Of a DNA stretch of 64,000 bases, positions 39,862 to 51,930 are shown one piece after another. Position numbers and translations under genes: made by a program. The stretch covers positions 10,974,001 through 11,038,000 of the forward strand of contig JBHGNT010000021.1 in the NCBI GenBank assembly GCA_043228905.1. The letters run 5' to 3'. The notes under the pieces were generated by a model. The model made no database searches. It was not told where the DNA came from and saw nothing but the letters and a program-made list of their open reading frames with translations. The DNA is from Azolla caroliniana. Taxonomy: Eukaryota > Plantae > Polypodiophyta. Position 1 is the stretch's first letter, and each line of letters begins with the position of its first letter.

Positions 39862-39869
39862 ACCGAAAG

Positions 39870-42538
39870 CTCACATCCCGGAGTTGATGGAGCTACTGAG
39901 GCAGAAAGTCGATATGGGTATTCTCGAACCGTCGAGCGCGCCATACTCGAACCGGTGGTTTACCGTACCAAAGAAAAACGGAACATTGCGCTTCATTCAA
40001 GACCTACAGCCGGTCAACAGAGTGACCATTCGGAACGCAGGAATCAGACCGACCATAGACCGACCATTCGATTTACTCGGTCGGTGATCTGTACTCGGGG
40101 TACGACCAGTTCCAGCTAGCTGTGGAGAGCAGAGATATTACGACGATGCGAACTCCCCTCGGCCTAGTGCGAATGTGTACCCTGCCACAAGGAGGGACCA
40201 ACTCGGTGGCCCACATGGTGAATGCAATGAACAAGGTACTGAGGGATTGCATCTCGGACATCACCATGCCGTTTCTAGACGACATCCCTATCAAAGGGTG
40301 CCCGGTGGAGGAGAAGGACGAGACAGTCGGGCCGGACGGATGCCGGCGATTCGTGGCGACACACATCGACGACTGCGAGAAGGTGCTACAGAGGCTAGAG
40401 GATGCGAGGTTCACCTTCTCCGGGGAGAAATCGGCCTTCGGGCAATCGGAAATCCTGGTGGTCGGACACCTATGTGGACCTTATGGTCGGAAGCCGTCTC
40501 CGGCAAAGGTCGAAGCCATCTCCGCGATGAAGACCGACTGTAGCTTGGTTACGGAAGTTCGGAGGTTCCTGGGGGCATGCGCATTCTACAACATATGGAT
40601 CCCGCATTACACCCACGTTGCGGAGCCGCTATACGGGTTGCTGAAGAAAGGGCGAAAATTCGAGTGGCGAGACGAGCACACGGAGTCGGTCCGGAAGCTG
40701 AAGGAAGCTCTTGCGGCAGCACCGGCGCTCCGGAAGGCTGTCTACGAGAAGGGTACCCCGGTATACATAACGGTGGATACGAGTCCGACCGGGATCGGAT
40801 GGGTCGTCAACCAAGAAGACGGGGACGGCACCCGGTTCCCGATCCGATTCGGCGCTAAGGTCCTCAGTGAACGACAGCGAGGGTACGCCCAGGTTAAACG
40901 CGAACTCTGGGGTATCGTTTCGGCAGTAAAGGCCGACAAAGATTACCTGATCGGGACAGAAGTGGTTATTGAGACGGATTGCCTGCCGATTCTCGGCATG
41001 GTTTCCGGATGCGCGACACCGGACCTGGCGATGCTCCGGTGGATAGCGTACATCAAGTCCCTGGACCCGGAAATACGGCACATTTCCGGAAAGGACAACG
41101 CCATGGCCGACATGCTTTCGAGGGCAAGGTTTGATGACGAGGGTGGCATGGTTTCGGAGGACGAAGAAGTCGGCATGGACTTCTTCGAGGCAACATACGT
41201 AACGGCCGATGGGACGAGCACTCCGGCACTTAACGACTTCGACGAGAGCAAGTACGACGGCGAGTGGCTCCAGATCGGTGGGTTTTTGAGGACGATGACG
41301 CCGGATGCGTCATGGACGAGGGACGAGGCAAACAGGATCCGGAAGAAAGCATACCGATTCTTTCTCCGGGATGGGTACTTATGGAAGCACCCGAAGAAGA
41401 GGAACGGCGTCCCGCTCCGGGTGGTAGCGATGAAGGAAGAACAGGAGGAGCTGCTGACGGCCTACCACGACAGCCCTTGGGCTGGACACCGTGGAACGTG
41501 GGCCACGTTCGAGAAGATAAAGGGGAAGTACTGGTGGACGGGATTGTACCGGGACGTGCATCGGTTCGTGACAACTTGTGAGAGCTGTCAGATGCTCTCC
41601 ATAGTCCGACATCGGGACGAGCTTCACCCTACGTACCCTCCGACCATCCACTTCAAATGGATGGTAGATCTGGTGACGATGCCGATGGGAGTAGGACAGA
41701 TGCGATATCTGGTCCTGGCTCGGGAAGATCTGACCAGCCAGGTAGAAGGCCGAGCCCTTCAGAACAAATCGACCGCGGCCGTATCTCGGTTCCTGATTGA
41801 GGATGTGATATGCCGGTACGGGTGCGTCGGGAAGATCGTGGCTGATCGCGGGGAGTTGGACGCCGAAGAGGCCGAGGAGCTGTTCGACCGGCTAGGAGTC
41901 AAGCTCTCGCTTACCACTGCATACAATCCGGAGACGAATGGGAAGGTGGAGCGCGGACATGGACCGATCGTCAAGGCGTTGGTTCGGGCATGCAGAGGTC
42001 AAGTCGGGAACTGGCCGCGGTAGAGCTGATGTTTGGGCAGAAGCCGATCATGCCGATGGAACGCACGATCTCCTCTTGGGCAACCGTGGACTGGAGAGAC
42101 GAGATGAGCCGGGAGGAACTGTTGGCGGTGCGCATACGACAGCTCGAGCGAAGACCGGAGGACGTGGAGCAGGCCGCGGGAAAGCTTCGAGTGGCAAGGA
42201 CGAGGAACAAAGCCCGGTTCGACCGAACGCACCGGCTCCAACCGAAGAGGATCGAGGAAGGCGACTGGGTGCTAGTCTACGACAGCAGCCTCGACAACCA
42301 GCACCGAGCGACTCGGAAGTTCGCAAGAAGGTGGTTCGGGCCTTACGTGGTACAAAGCACCAACGACAACGGGACGTACCATCTGGCGGAACTCGACGGC
42401 ACAAGAATAGCGATACCGGTAGCTGGGAAGCGGATCAAAGCGTTCAAGAAGCGTCACGACAATGAGCCGGATCCGGTTAACCTGGACCGGGACGACGAAC
42501 GATCCGAAACCGAGGAAGAACTGACGGGCGGGGAATGA
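39870..42538 (+). pseudogene. A3 RT-RNase H-integrase
   Basis: 633-aa ORF 40122-42023 with FLDD, HHCC (YHDSPWAGH..CESC) and DDE core; C-terminal GPY module in 41990-42538; no chromodomain; small deletions at about 40060 and 42019. Confidence 0.93.
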
Positions 42539-43904
42539 AGGCTGGACCGGTTTTCTCCGTCCCAACATAATTTGGCGCATGCCGGTGGATGCGCGGTTAG
42601 GTGGGGGCGGGTGTCGTGAAGAAAACCGTCCACGAGCGGAATCCGTGCATCCCCTTCATACCCCTTCATACCCCTTCATCCCCTCATCGCCACGTGCTCG
42701 TCTTCTTCGCATTTGCACTCAAAGTGCTCGTGAGCCGAAGCTTCGTTGGTTTGATGTTGCTTCGCCCCATTTGTCGTTGTGAGCCCGTGTGCTCGCCGTT
42801 CGAGTGGTTGTGGGTCATCTTCGCCGTGTTCGGTTTTGCTCGTCTCTAAGGGCATTTAGTATTTATGTTTTGATTGAGCTTGTAGTTGACTAGAAGTTGC
42901 CATTGTAATCAAACCCTATTTTATAAAGGGTCCTCTAGCGTTGGAATCGAACACGGTGTCGTGAAGAAAACCGTCCACGAGCGGAATCCGTGCACCGGAG
43001 CGTAGAAACCGACTCTTCATGCACGTGCGCCTTAAGTTGTACGTAGGAGATCCTAGGTAGATTCGGTAGGTAGGGAGTAAAGGGGAAACGACTCCTTTCT
43101 TGCCTATAAAAGGAGGGAGACGAGGAGGGTAGAGGGATCGCGGAGAGTCGAGGACGAAGTGGTGTCGGTTTGCGTGCGAAGGCTTCTCTCTCTCTCTCTG
43201 GTTCGCAAACTCCATAGCTTCCTTCTGTGCAGGTTTCGGGAGGCTCGCGCTGCTCTGAGGAATGCCCGAGTGCTTCCGGCAGCACCTCCAACCTGTCCCT
43301 GTCTTTCTGTGCGTTTACGAACAGGTATCGACATTTGTTCGCCGGCCTGTTCGGTTGTAACCGACTTCGTGTTTTGTTGTCTTCGTGTTCTTGTTGTTTG
43401 TCTTTGTAAATACATACATACATTTGTGTCTTTCTGTGTCGCTGTCCCACTTGCGTCTTTGCGTCGAAGGGCCGTGTCCCTGTGGATCTACGCTCGCACG
43501 TAGAGGGTTCTTCCCCTTCCTCTCTCGCTCTTTGGTACAGGACCCCCGAGGTTCCGCCTCATTCCACGCATCCGCGAGAAATACCTCGACAACGTATTTA
43601 TTTCTTTGGCCGATATCATTCGTGTTTCTTTCTTCTTTCTTCTTTCTTTTTTCGTGTCTTCCTTGTACGTTTGGCCGTCTTGTGACGAGGGAGCGTTTCG
43701 AGCGTGCCCATGCACCTATCCTCCTCATAAAGACGTACGGGCATTCCTGTTTGTGTTATCGTCCCCTTGTGCGTTCATCTTGCGTGCTCATCTTGGTTGT
43801 ACCCATTTGATCACTTGGCTCGTGTGGTGATCTCGAAAGGTCGACAAGTCGTGATCAACGAAAGGCACCAACCTCAGAAAACAAAGGGGAACGAGCCCTT
43901 GCTT

Positions 43905-44305
43905 GGAGAGGGTTCGTAGAGTGGGTTCGTAGAGAGGATTTGTAGAGAGAGTTCATAGAGTGGGTTCGTAGAGAGGATTTGTAGAGAGGGTTTGTAGAGT
44001 GGGTTCGTAGAGTGGGTTCATCGAGAGGGTTTGTAGAGTGAGGATTCATAGAGAAGTTTCATAGAGTGAGGATTTGTAGTGAGGATTCGTAGAGTGAGGA
44101 TTCGTAGAGTGAGGATTCGTAGAGTGAGGATTCGTAGAGAGGATTCTTAGAGTGGGTTCGAAGAGTGGGTTCGTAGAGTGAGGATTCTTAGAAAGGATTC
44201 GTAGTGAGGATTCGTAGAGAGGATTTATAGAGTGAGGATTCGTAGAGAGGATTCATAGAGTGAGGGTTCATAGAGTGAGGATTCGTGGAGTGGGTTCGAA
44301 GAGTG
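43905..44305. repeat. Minisatellite of 13-15 bp units (GAGTGAGGATTCGTA) within the D LTR
   Basis: Directly visible; shorter version at 54213-54465. Confidence 0.9.
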
Positions 44306-44723
44306 CTTTATATTTATAAGATTTAAAATAAATAAATAAATAAATATTTATCCCTTGAGTACTCCCTAGTCCAAGACCCCCGTTGTCCCGCCCAAGTAAC
44401 ACACGCGCGCAAAACTTCGCGACATAAATTGGTTAACCCAACGTGAAAGGGCGGCAAGGGAGAACCAAGATCCGAGGAGGAGAACTCGTTGAATGTAAAA
44501 GAATAGCGTGCGGAAGTAATAGAAAACCAAACACAGAAACACAGGTTTAATGGAGAGCTTGAATATTCACAGTACGTACATAGGATGTGCTCAGTGAGCA
44601 CTTTTATACAAGTCCATACAGACTGACAGAAGTACTAACGCGTACTTCAATGCTCGTAAATGAGCTCTACACTAACTCCCAAAATATATTCCTACGCAGA
44701 ATATCGTTCCAACGGCCTTGCGG

Positions 44724-47700
44724 TGTCCTGCCTTTCGGCTCCGGATTGTTACATGAGTCGGGTGGGAACTGCCGAGGTTTTTGACTAGGAGGAAGAGGAA
44801 TACAAATTAAGGCTAGTTATGAATAGTGGAAAGAGAAGTAAGATAGCAATCTCGTGAATCCCACGAGTTTAGTGTATTTTAAACAATATTTAGATTATAA
44901 GAGTAATTTAGATGGCAAAATTCGTGAATCCCACGAATATATTAGATTGATCAATCCTTGTATATTAATCAACAACCTTATACATATTTCTCTTCTCCTT
45001 ATATAAAGATGGAAGAGGCTAAGCATGGCTTCATGCTTTTTCACCAAAAGTGTCCATGCACACTAAATGTGCATGTGATGCTTTATTATTTCCTAAGTAT
45101 AGGGCTCATGCACGCTAGATGTGCATGAGTCACTTTTAATGTCACGTGTAAATAAAATATTCACACCCTAAAGAATACATGATTTTTACCTTTTAATAAA
45201 GTTATGTGTAAATAAAGGTCTTATATGTATTAAATCTATATGTATAACAATAAAGATAAGTTATTACAATGGTAAAGTTGGGGTTTATCTATGTGGAGGC
45301 GTAGGGTTTGAATCCTGCCCTATGCACGTGATAAATGTTTTGATATATTATTTATTTATTTATATGTATCTAAAATCGGATATATTATTTTATGGTTTTC
45401 ACGTAGTGTGTGGAATACACTACGACACTCGCCCCCTCCGAACCCGCACATCCTCCGGTATGTGCCGAAGTTCTCGATTCCTCATATCCGTCTTCACCCA
45501 AAGCTTCCTTCGATTCTCCCCTTATGTCGACTATGAGTTGTAATTCACTTTCTTCGCTTCCCGCATCACCATGGTCTTCGTCCGATTGCTCCTCGTTGTC
45601 GGCCTTGGCTTGGATCACATAGGGTTTGTCGTCGGTCCGGTTCTTGAAAATCTTCACCTGCTTCCCGGCTATAGGCACTCGTAGTATTGTTCCATACAAC
45701 TTGGACAGTCGGTACGTTCCGTTGCCGAAGACTTTCCGAACCTTGTATGGCCCGAACCACCTTTTCGCGAATTTCCGCATCGGTGTATGTTGATGGTCCA
45801 AACTACTGTCATAAACGATCACCCAATCTCCTTCTTCAATCCTCCTCGGTCGTAGTTGGTGCTTTGTGTCGAACCGGCTTTTGTTCCGGAATCGTGCTTC
45901 TTGTTGTCGGCGTATTGCTTCCGCTATGTCTGCCGGTCTTCCCTCTAGTTGTCGTATCCGGACCGCTAGTAGTTCTTCCCGGCTCATCTCTTCCTTCCAC
46001 GGTAGCACTGTCCATGTTGCGATCGCAGTTTCCGTCGGCATTACCGGTGCTTGTCCGGTCATGAGTTTTGCCGGCATGTAACCGGTTACGGAGCTATGCG
46101 TCGTCCGATCCGCCCATAGTGCATACGGAAGCATCGGCGGCTAGTCCTTCACCTTTCCATCGCATGCCTTCGCAAGTGCTTTCACGATCGGACTATGTCC
46201 TCGTTCGATTTTCCCGTTGGCCTCCGGATTGTATGCCGTTGTCAACGATAACCGAACTTCGTGTTTGGCGAAGAATCCCCTAGCTTTGTCCGAGTCGAGT
46301 TCTCCCCGGTCCGCAATCACTTGTCCTACGCACCCGTACCTTCAAAATACTTCCTCCAAAAGAAATTGGCATACCGCGGAACACGTTTTCCTCTGAAGCG
46401 CTCGACCTTCTACTTGATTCGTGAGATCTTCCCGAGCTAATACCAAGTATTTCTTTTGTCCGATCCCGGTCGGCATGGCCACTATGTCGACTATCCACTT
46501 GAAGTTGATTGTCGATGAGAATGTCGGATGTAACTCATCTCGATGTCGAACCCCGGAGTAGACTTGACATTTCTCGCAGCTTCCCGTTAACTCCGCGACA
46601 TCTTTGTACATTTTCTTCCACCAATATTTTTGCTTGATCTTCACAAATGTTGCCCATGTTCCTCGGTGTCCAGCCCAATCGGATTCGTGAAACTCAGACA
46701 TTATCCGGTTTCGTTGCTCTTTTGTCCCGACTACTCGAAGTGGTATACCATCCGGTCTTTTCGGCGCCCTCCATATTAATCCGTTTTCCAAGAAGAACCT
46801 TTGGACTTGCCTCTTCTTCCTTCAGATCTCGGCTCTTCTTCCTTTATCGTTTGTTGAATCCTCGGCCTCTTGTAACATCTTTCCGATCATCAAGCTTTCT
46901 CCCTCGTATTCTTCTTCCCGGAATTCTCGGGTTACGTTCACTCGGCATATGTGCTCCGACGCGAAGTAGTCTTCGGAAACTTCTTCATTATCCGATTCGG
47001 TTATGTCGTCTCCGAACCGAGCCCTTGATAACATATCCGCTACCGCGTTGTCCTTCCCCGAGATGTGTCGAACCTCCGGATTAAGCAACTTGACATATGC
47101 AACCCACCTTAGCATAGCTACATCCGGTATCGTACAACACCGCATCATCCCGAGTATCAGAAGACAATCCGTCTCGATCACCACTTCGGCTCCGATCAAA
47201 TAATCCCGATCCGATTTTATCGCCGACACGACTCCCCATAGTTCTCTTTTGACTTGTGCATATCCACGTTGCCTTTCGTTGAGAACCTTTGCTCCGAATC
47301 GGATCGGATACCGCGAACCATCCGAGTCGGCTTGATTGATGACCCACCCGATACCGGTTGGACTTGTATCAACCATTACTATGATCGGTCGGTCGTAGCT
47401 CGGCTTCTTAAGTGCTTCCGCCCTCCGAAGTGTCTTCTTCAATTTCTTCATGGCTTTGGTGTGTTCCGGTTTCCATTCGAATTTCTTACCTTTCCGCAAC
47501 AAGTGGTAGAGCGGGTCCGCTATATGTGCATAGTGCGGAATCCATATGTGATAGAATGCACATGCACCGAGAAACCTTCAGACTTAGAATGTTGACTCGC
47601 ATACTTCCTCCATTGCTTGAATCGCATCGATCTTTGTTGGTGACGGTCTTCGGCCGTAGGGCCCACATAGATGTCCGACCACCAATATTTCTTCTTGCCC

Positions 47701-50700
47701 GAATGCCGATTTCTCCCCGGAAAGTGTTAGGTGCACATCTTCTAGCTTTCGCAACACTTTCTTGCAATCATGAATATGGTCGACCACGAACTTTCGGCAT
47801 CCCCGATCATCCATAGTCTCATATTTTTCTTCTACCGCGCATCCTTTCATCGGAATGTCATCGAGGAACGACATCGTTATCTCCGGAATGCAGTCTCGAA
47901 GCACCTTGTTCATCGCGTTCATCATATGAGCAACCGAGTTTGTCGCTCCTTGTGGTAGTGTGCACATTCGGACTAATCCTATCGGTGTTCGCATGGTTGT
48001 GATGTCTCGGCTCTCCACGGCTAGTTGGAATTGGTCATACCCCGAGTATAGGTATCCGATGGAGTATATCGCACGACCGACAAAAGCTTCCGCAAATTTG
48101 TCCACTATCGGACCGACTCCCGAGTTCCGGATCGTGACCTTATTCCCCGGTTGCAAGTCTTGGATAAATCGGAGTGACCCATTCTTCTTCGGAACCGTAA
48201 ACCATCGATTTGAGTACGGAGCAGTTGATGGCTCTAGAATCCCCATCGCCACCTTCTCCTTGAGCAAGTCAATGACTTTCGGAATATGCGCTCGTGGCAC
48301 CGGAATCGGCTTCAGGTTCCACGGTACATGGTCAATCGTGAAGATCACCATCGGCTCCACCATTCTCGGATCGACGCACCCTATCTCCCTTGATGTAAAT
48401 GCAAACGCTTTGCCGTGTTGCTCCAACATCTCGTGAAACCGTTCTTCTTCTTTTTGTAATAGGAACCCACCTCCACCGATCTGAAGTTTCTTCCGGGTCT
48501 CATCCGTGAAGGCATGTCCGATATCCATGGACTTCCGAAGTGTCGGATCTCCCAAGACTTCTTTCCTCTTTTGTTCGCTATCGGCGGGTAGTGGTCTCGC
48601 GGCCGGTTTCACCTTCTTCTCCACGGTCTTGTATTTCGTACTTACCATTGCTTCTTCTTTGCGGAGCGTATCCGGCTCCATTTTCGCAATGATCTCGTAC
48701 ATCTTGACCAATTCCACCGGGACTACCCGGTTCCCTTGGCTTTTCTCTTCCGCAAGCTCTTCAAGTCGTTGTAGCGTGCTCCCATAGAACACTTCTTCGA
48801 CTATCCCCATGATTTCTTCATCTTCTTTTATTATTGATGCCGACCGCAACTTATCCTCCACTTGTCGGTATCCTTTCTTCAATCCTCCGGTTACGGTCGT
48901 GTACGTAGATGCCCCATCCGGACCGATTCGTACATGTTTTGCTCCGAGAGTTTTCTTCCTGTGTGGGGTATTAGGGCTTCTCGGACTATCACTTCCCCAC
49001 TCCGCAATAGTCTGCTTTAAAAATCCATTCTCACTTGGGACAAGAGTTCCCTCTTGTTCCTTTCGTGATTTGCCGGCACCGTTAGGAATTGGACGGATTT
49101 CCCACCGTTTTGGCTCCGAATTCGCGCAAAAGCCGCACCGCTATCGAGCACCTTCGTCTCCATCCGTGATGCCGTGATAAAGGGTTGGCCGAGGATGAAG
49201 GAATGTGAAACCTCATCTTGCACGAAGAAATTTTGGTTGATCCCGACATCCCCGATCTTCACCGTCACATCCGGACAAGCCGCAAATAGATCTTCCATTG
49301 CTTTGGTGGCCGCCCGAATCTTCCATCCATGGTTGGTGTTAATAGGCAACTTCTCCTTTCGGTAGAACTCCTTGGACATCAAGTTGATCTCCGATCCGTG
49401 ATCAATCAATGCTAGCACGGTTTCTTTGATGTTGCCGATTCGGACCAGAGTCTCCGTAGTTGCGCGTGCCCAATGTGGCCTTGTATAGTGGGAGTTCGGA
49501 ATTTCGTCCTCCACTTCGGTGTCGTTCATTAAAACGGTGTTCGCATTCACCCTTGGAGCATTTTCCTCCGTACTTTGTCTTTTTCGCTTCACGAGATCCA
49601 CGAGAAGATTGTGGAACTCCTTCTTTGCTATTCCGAGTAGCTCCCGAAGCGAGAAATCTACCCGGCTATCCAAGATTCTTTCCTCGAACACTCTTTTCAA
49701 GTCGGTTTGTTGTTCTATGTCTGAGGCGAGCTTGAATGCCGGAGTCGCCTTTTCTTTTCCCTTACCTCTGAAGTTCCAGCTTTCCAGTATCTTTGATGGC
49801 CTGGCTGCATCCTCCGTGCGTCGTCGTTTCCCGTCCACATACACCTTATGCAATTGACACAAGGCGTATACGCTATTCTTGTCGACAGGGCACTCCCATC
49901 CCGTAGCTTCCCGGACGCCTTCCGCGGTGCTTCGGATCTCGTTGGAGTCGGTTTTCTTGGTGTTTTCTAGAACTTTCGGCCAAAAAGACGTCTTTGCTCT
50001 CGATGACTCCTCGACACATATTCCCGCGGTTGTCGCATAGTTGCTTCTTGCCGCCAATTCCTCCTCGAGTACCTTCTTCATGCTGCCTTTCCGGAAGTTC
50101 AGTCGGAGTGGCTTCCGAGAGTCCATCGAATGAATCCGGTTTCCCTCGTAGTAGATGAGATCCCGCCGTAGCGCCTCCTTATGCTCGTCGCAATCCCTCC
50201 GATCATGTTCGGCGCTATCGCACCATATGCACCGTCGGTCTGTATACTTGGAGCTTGTGGGGCGGTCATCCGACTTCTTCACCATCGCGATCTTCAGATT
50301 CTCCATCTCCTTCAATAGTTGCTCCACCGTAGATGCATCAATCCCCTTCTCAGTTGTAGTCTCTCGAGCCCTCGGTTGATGGTCTTCCAATCCGGTTCTT
50401 GGTTTTGGAATCGGTTCTGAAACCCTCTTTTCCTCGTTGGCAAGCCATTGCCCCCTCTTCGTGTATCGCGCAACAATATCCCGCACGCTTTCCCCATGTT
50501 TCGGTGAGGCCACTCTCTGTGGTCGTGTCCTCCAAGAGCACTCCGAGATCTTTCCGGTCCCGGACGTCCACGGCTCGCAAGAACATGATTACCTTGTCCG
50601 GTACGAGGATAGCTTGATCTCTCGCGGACAACCTCCCGAACCGGCTTTCGAATGCCGAAAACACATCAACGACCTTCAATCCCTTGTCCGGCGTCTCCAC

Positions 50701-51930
50701 CCAATCTTCGAATCCCCTTCGCGTCGCCTTGGAGGAATCCTCGATGGCGAACGTCCTCTTTAGCTCTTCTTCAAATGCCTCCCATGTCGGATTTTGTTGT
50801 CGTAGCCCATGGATGCTTGCTTGAAGCCCGTCGGTCGCCACCCGGTTGAAGGACGTCACTTGCAGTCCTTCCGATATTCCACACCGTAGCATCTCCGCCT
50901 TGTAGTCCGGAAGATACCACGACATGTCTTTCCCGTTGAATTGCTCGTTTCGTTGCACGAGCCGCTCCACTGATGCCGCTATCTCCGACATCACGCGTTG
51001 TTCTTGTAGCATGCGCTCGAACATCATCATCATGTTGCTAGCCTCCGGTTGATTTTCCATCTCCTTGCCACCCGGTTTTCACGTCGGGTTCACCAACTGA
51101 TGCCGCTATCTCCGACATCACGCGTTGTTCTTGTAGCATGCGCTCGAACATCATCATCATGTTGCTAGCCTCCGGTTGATTTTCCATCTCCTTGCCACCC
51201 GGTTTTCACGTCGGGTTCACCAACTGTGTCCTGCCTTTCGGCTCCGGATCGTTACATGAGTCGGGTGGGAACCGCCGAGGTTTTTGACTAGGAGGAAGAG
51301 GAATACAAATTAAGGCTAGTTATGAATAGTGGAAAGAGAAGTAAGATAGCAATCTCGTGAATCCCACGAGTTTAGTGTATTTTAAACAATATTTAGATTA
51401 TAAGAGTAATTTAGATGGCAAAATTCGTGAATCCCATGAATATATTAGATTGATCAATCCTTGTGTATTAATCAACAACCTTATACATATTTCTCTCCTC
51501 CTTATATAAAGATGGAAGAGGCTAAGCATGGCTTCATGCTTTTTCACCAAAAGTGTCCATGCACACTAAATGTGCATGTGATGCTTTGTCATTTACTAAG
51601 TATAGGGCTCATGCACGCTAGATGTGCATGAGTCACTTTTAATGTCACGTGTAAATAAAATATTCACACCCTAAAGAATACATGATTTTTACCTTTTAAT
51701 AAAGGTATGTGTAAATAAAGGTCTTATATGTATTAAATCTATATGTATAACACTAAAGATAAGTTATTACAATGGTAAAGTTGGGGTTTATCTATGTGGA
51801 GGCGTAGGGTTTGAATCCTGCCCTATGCACGTGATAAATGTTTTGATATATTATTTATTTATTTATATGTATCTAAAATCGGATATATTATTTTATGGTT
51901 TTCACGTAGTGTGTGGAATACACTACGACA
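44724..51930 (-). mobile_element. Ty3/gypsy tRNA-Trp-primed family B, full length, lightly degenerate
   Basis: 704-bp LTRs 44724-45427 and 51227-51930 with about 10 differences by eye; PBS 51206-51222; PPT 45428-45439; gag-PR 49017-51060; RT/RH/IN 45385-48882; TSD GCGG. Confidence 0.96.
48963..49026 (-). promoter_or_regulatory. Putative -1 frameshift signal (family B)
   Basis: GGATTTT-TAA, then stems GACTATT/GATAGTC and GTGGGG/CCCCAC; the downstream RT ORF is in the -1 frame. Confidence 0.8.

Larger units (their letters stand above)
31037..43591 (+). mobile_element. Ty3/gypsy family A copy A3, near intact, containing copia C4
   Basis: LTRs 31037-31671 and 42957-43591 (635 bp), PBS 31676-31692, gag with CX2CX4HX4C, PR, RT, RH, IN; TSD ACGG/ACGT. 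Confidence 0.96.
30292..44424 (+). repeat. LTR of family D (30292-31036 plus 43592-44424), split by A3
   Basis: Ends TTCGCGACA, followed by Trp-type PBS TGGTTAACCCAACGTGA (44430-44446). The empty-site sequence GAAC-ACGT-ATTT is visible in the second D copy at about 53894. Confidence 0.7.
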
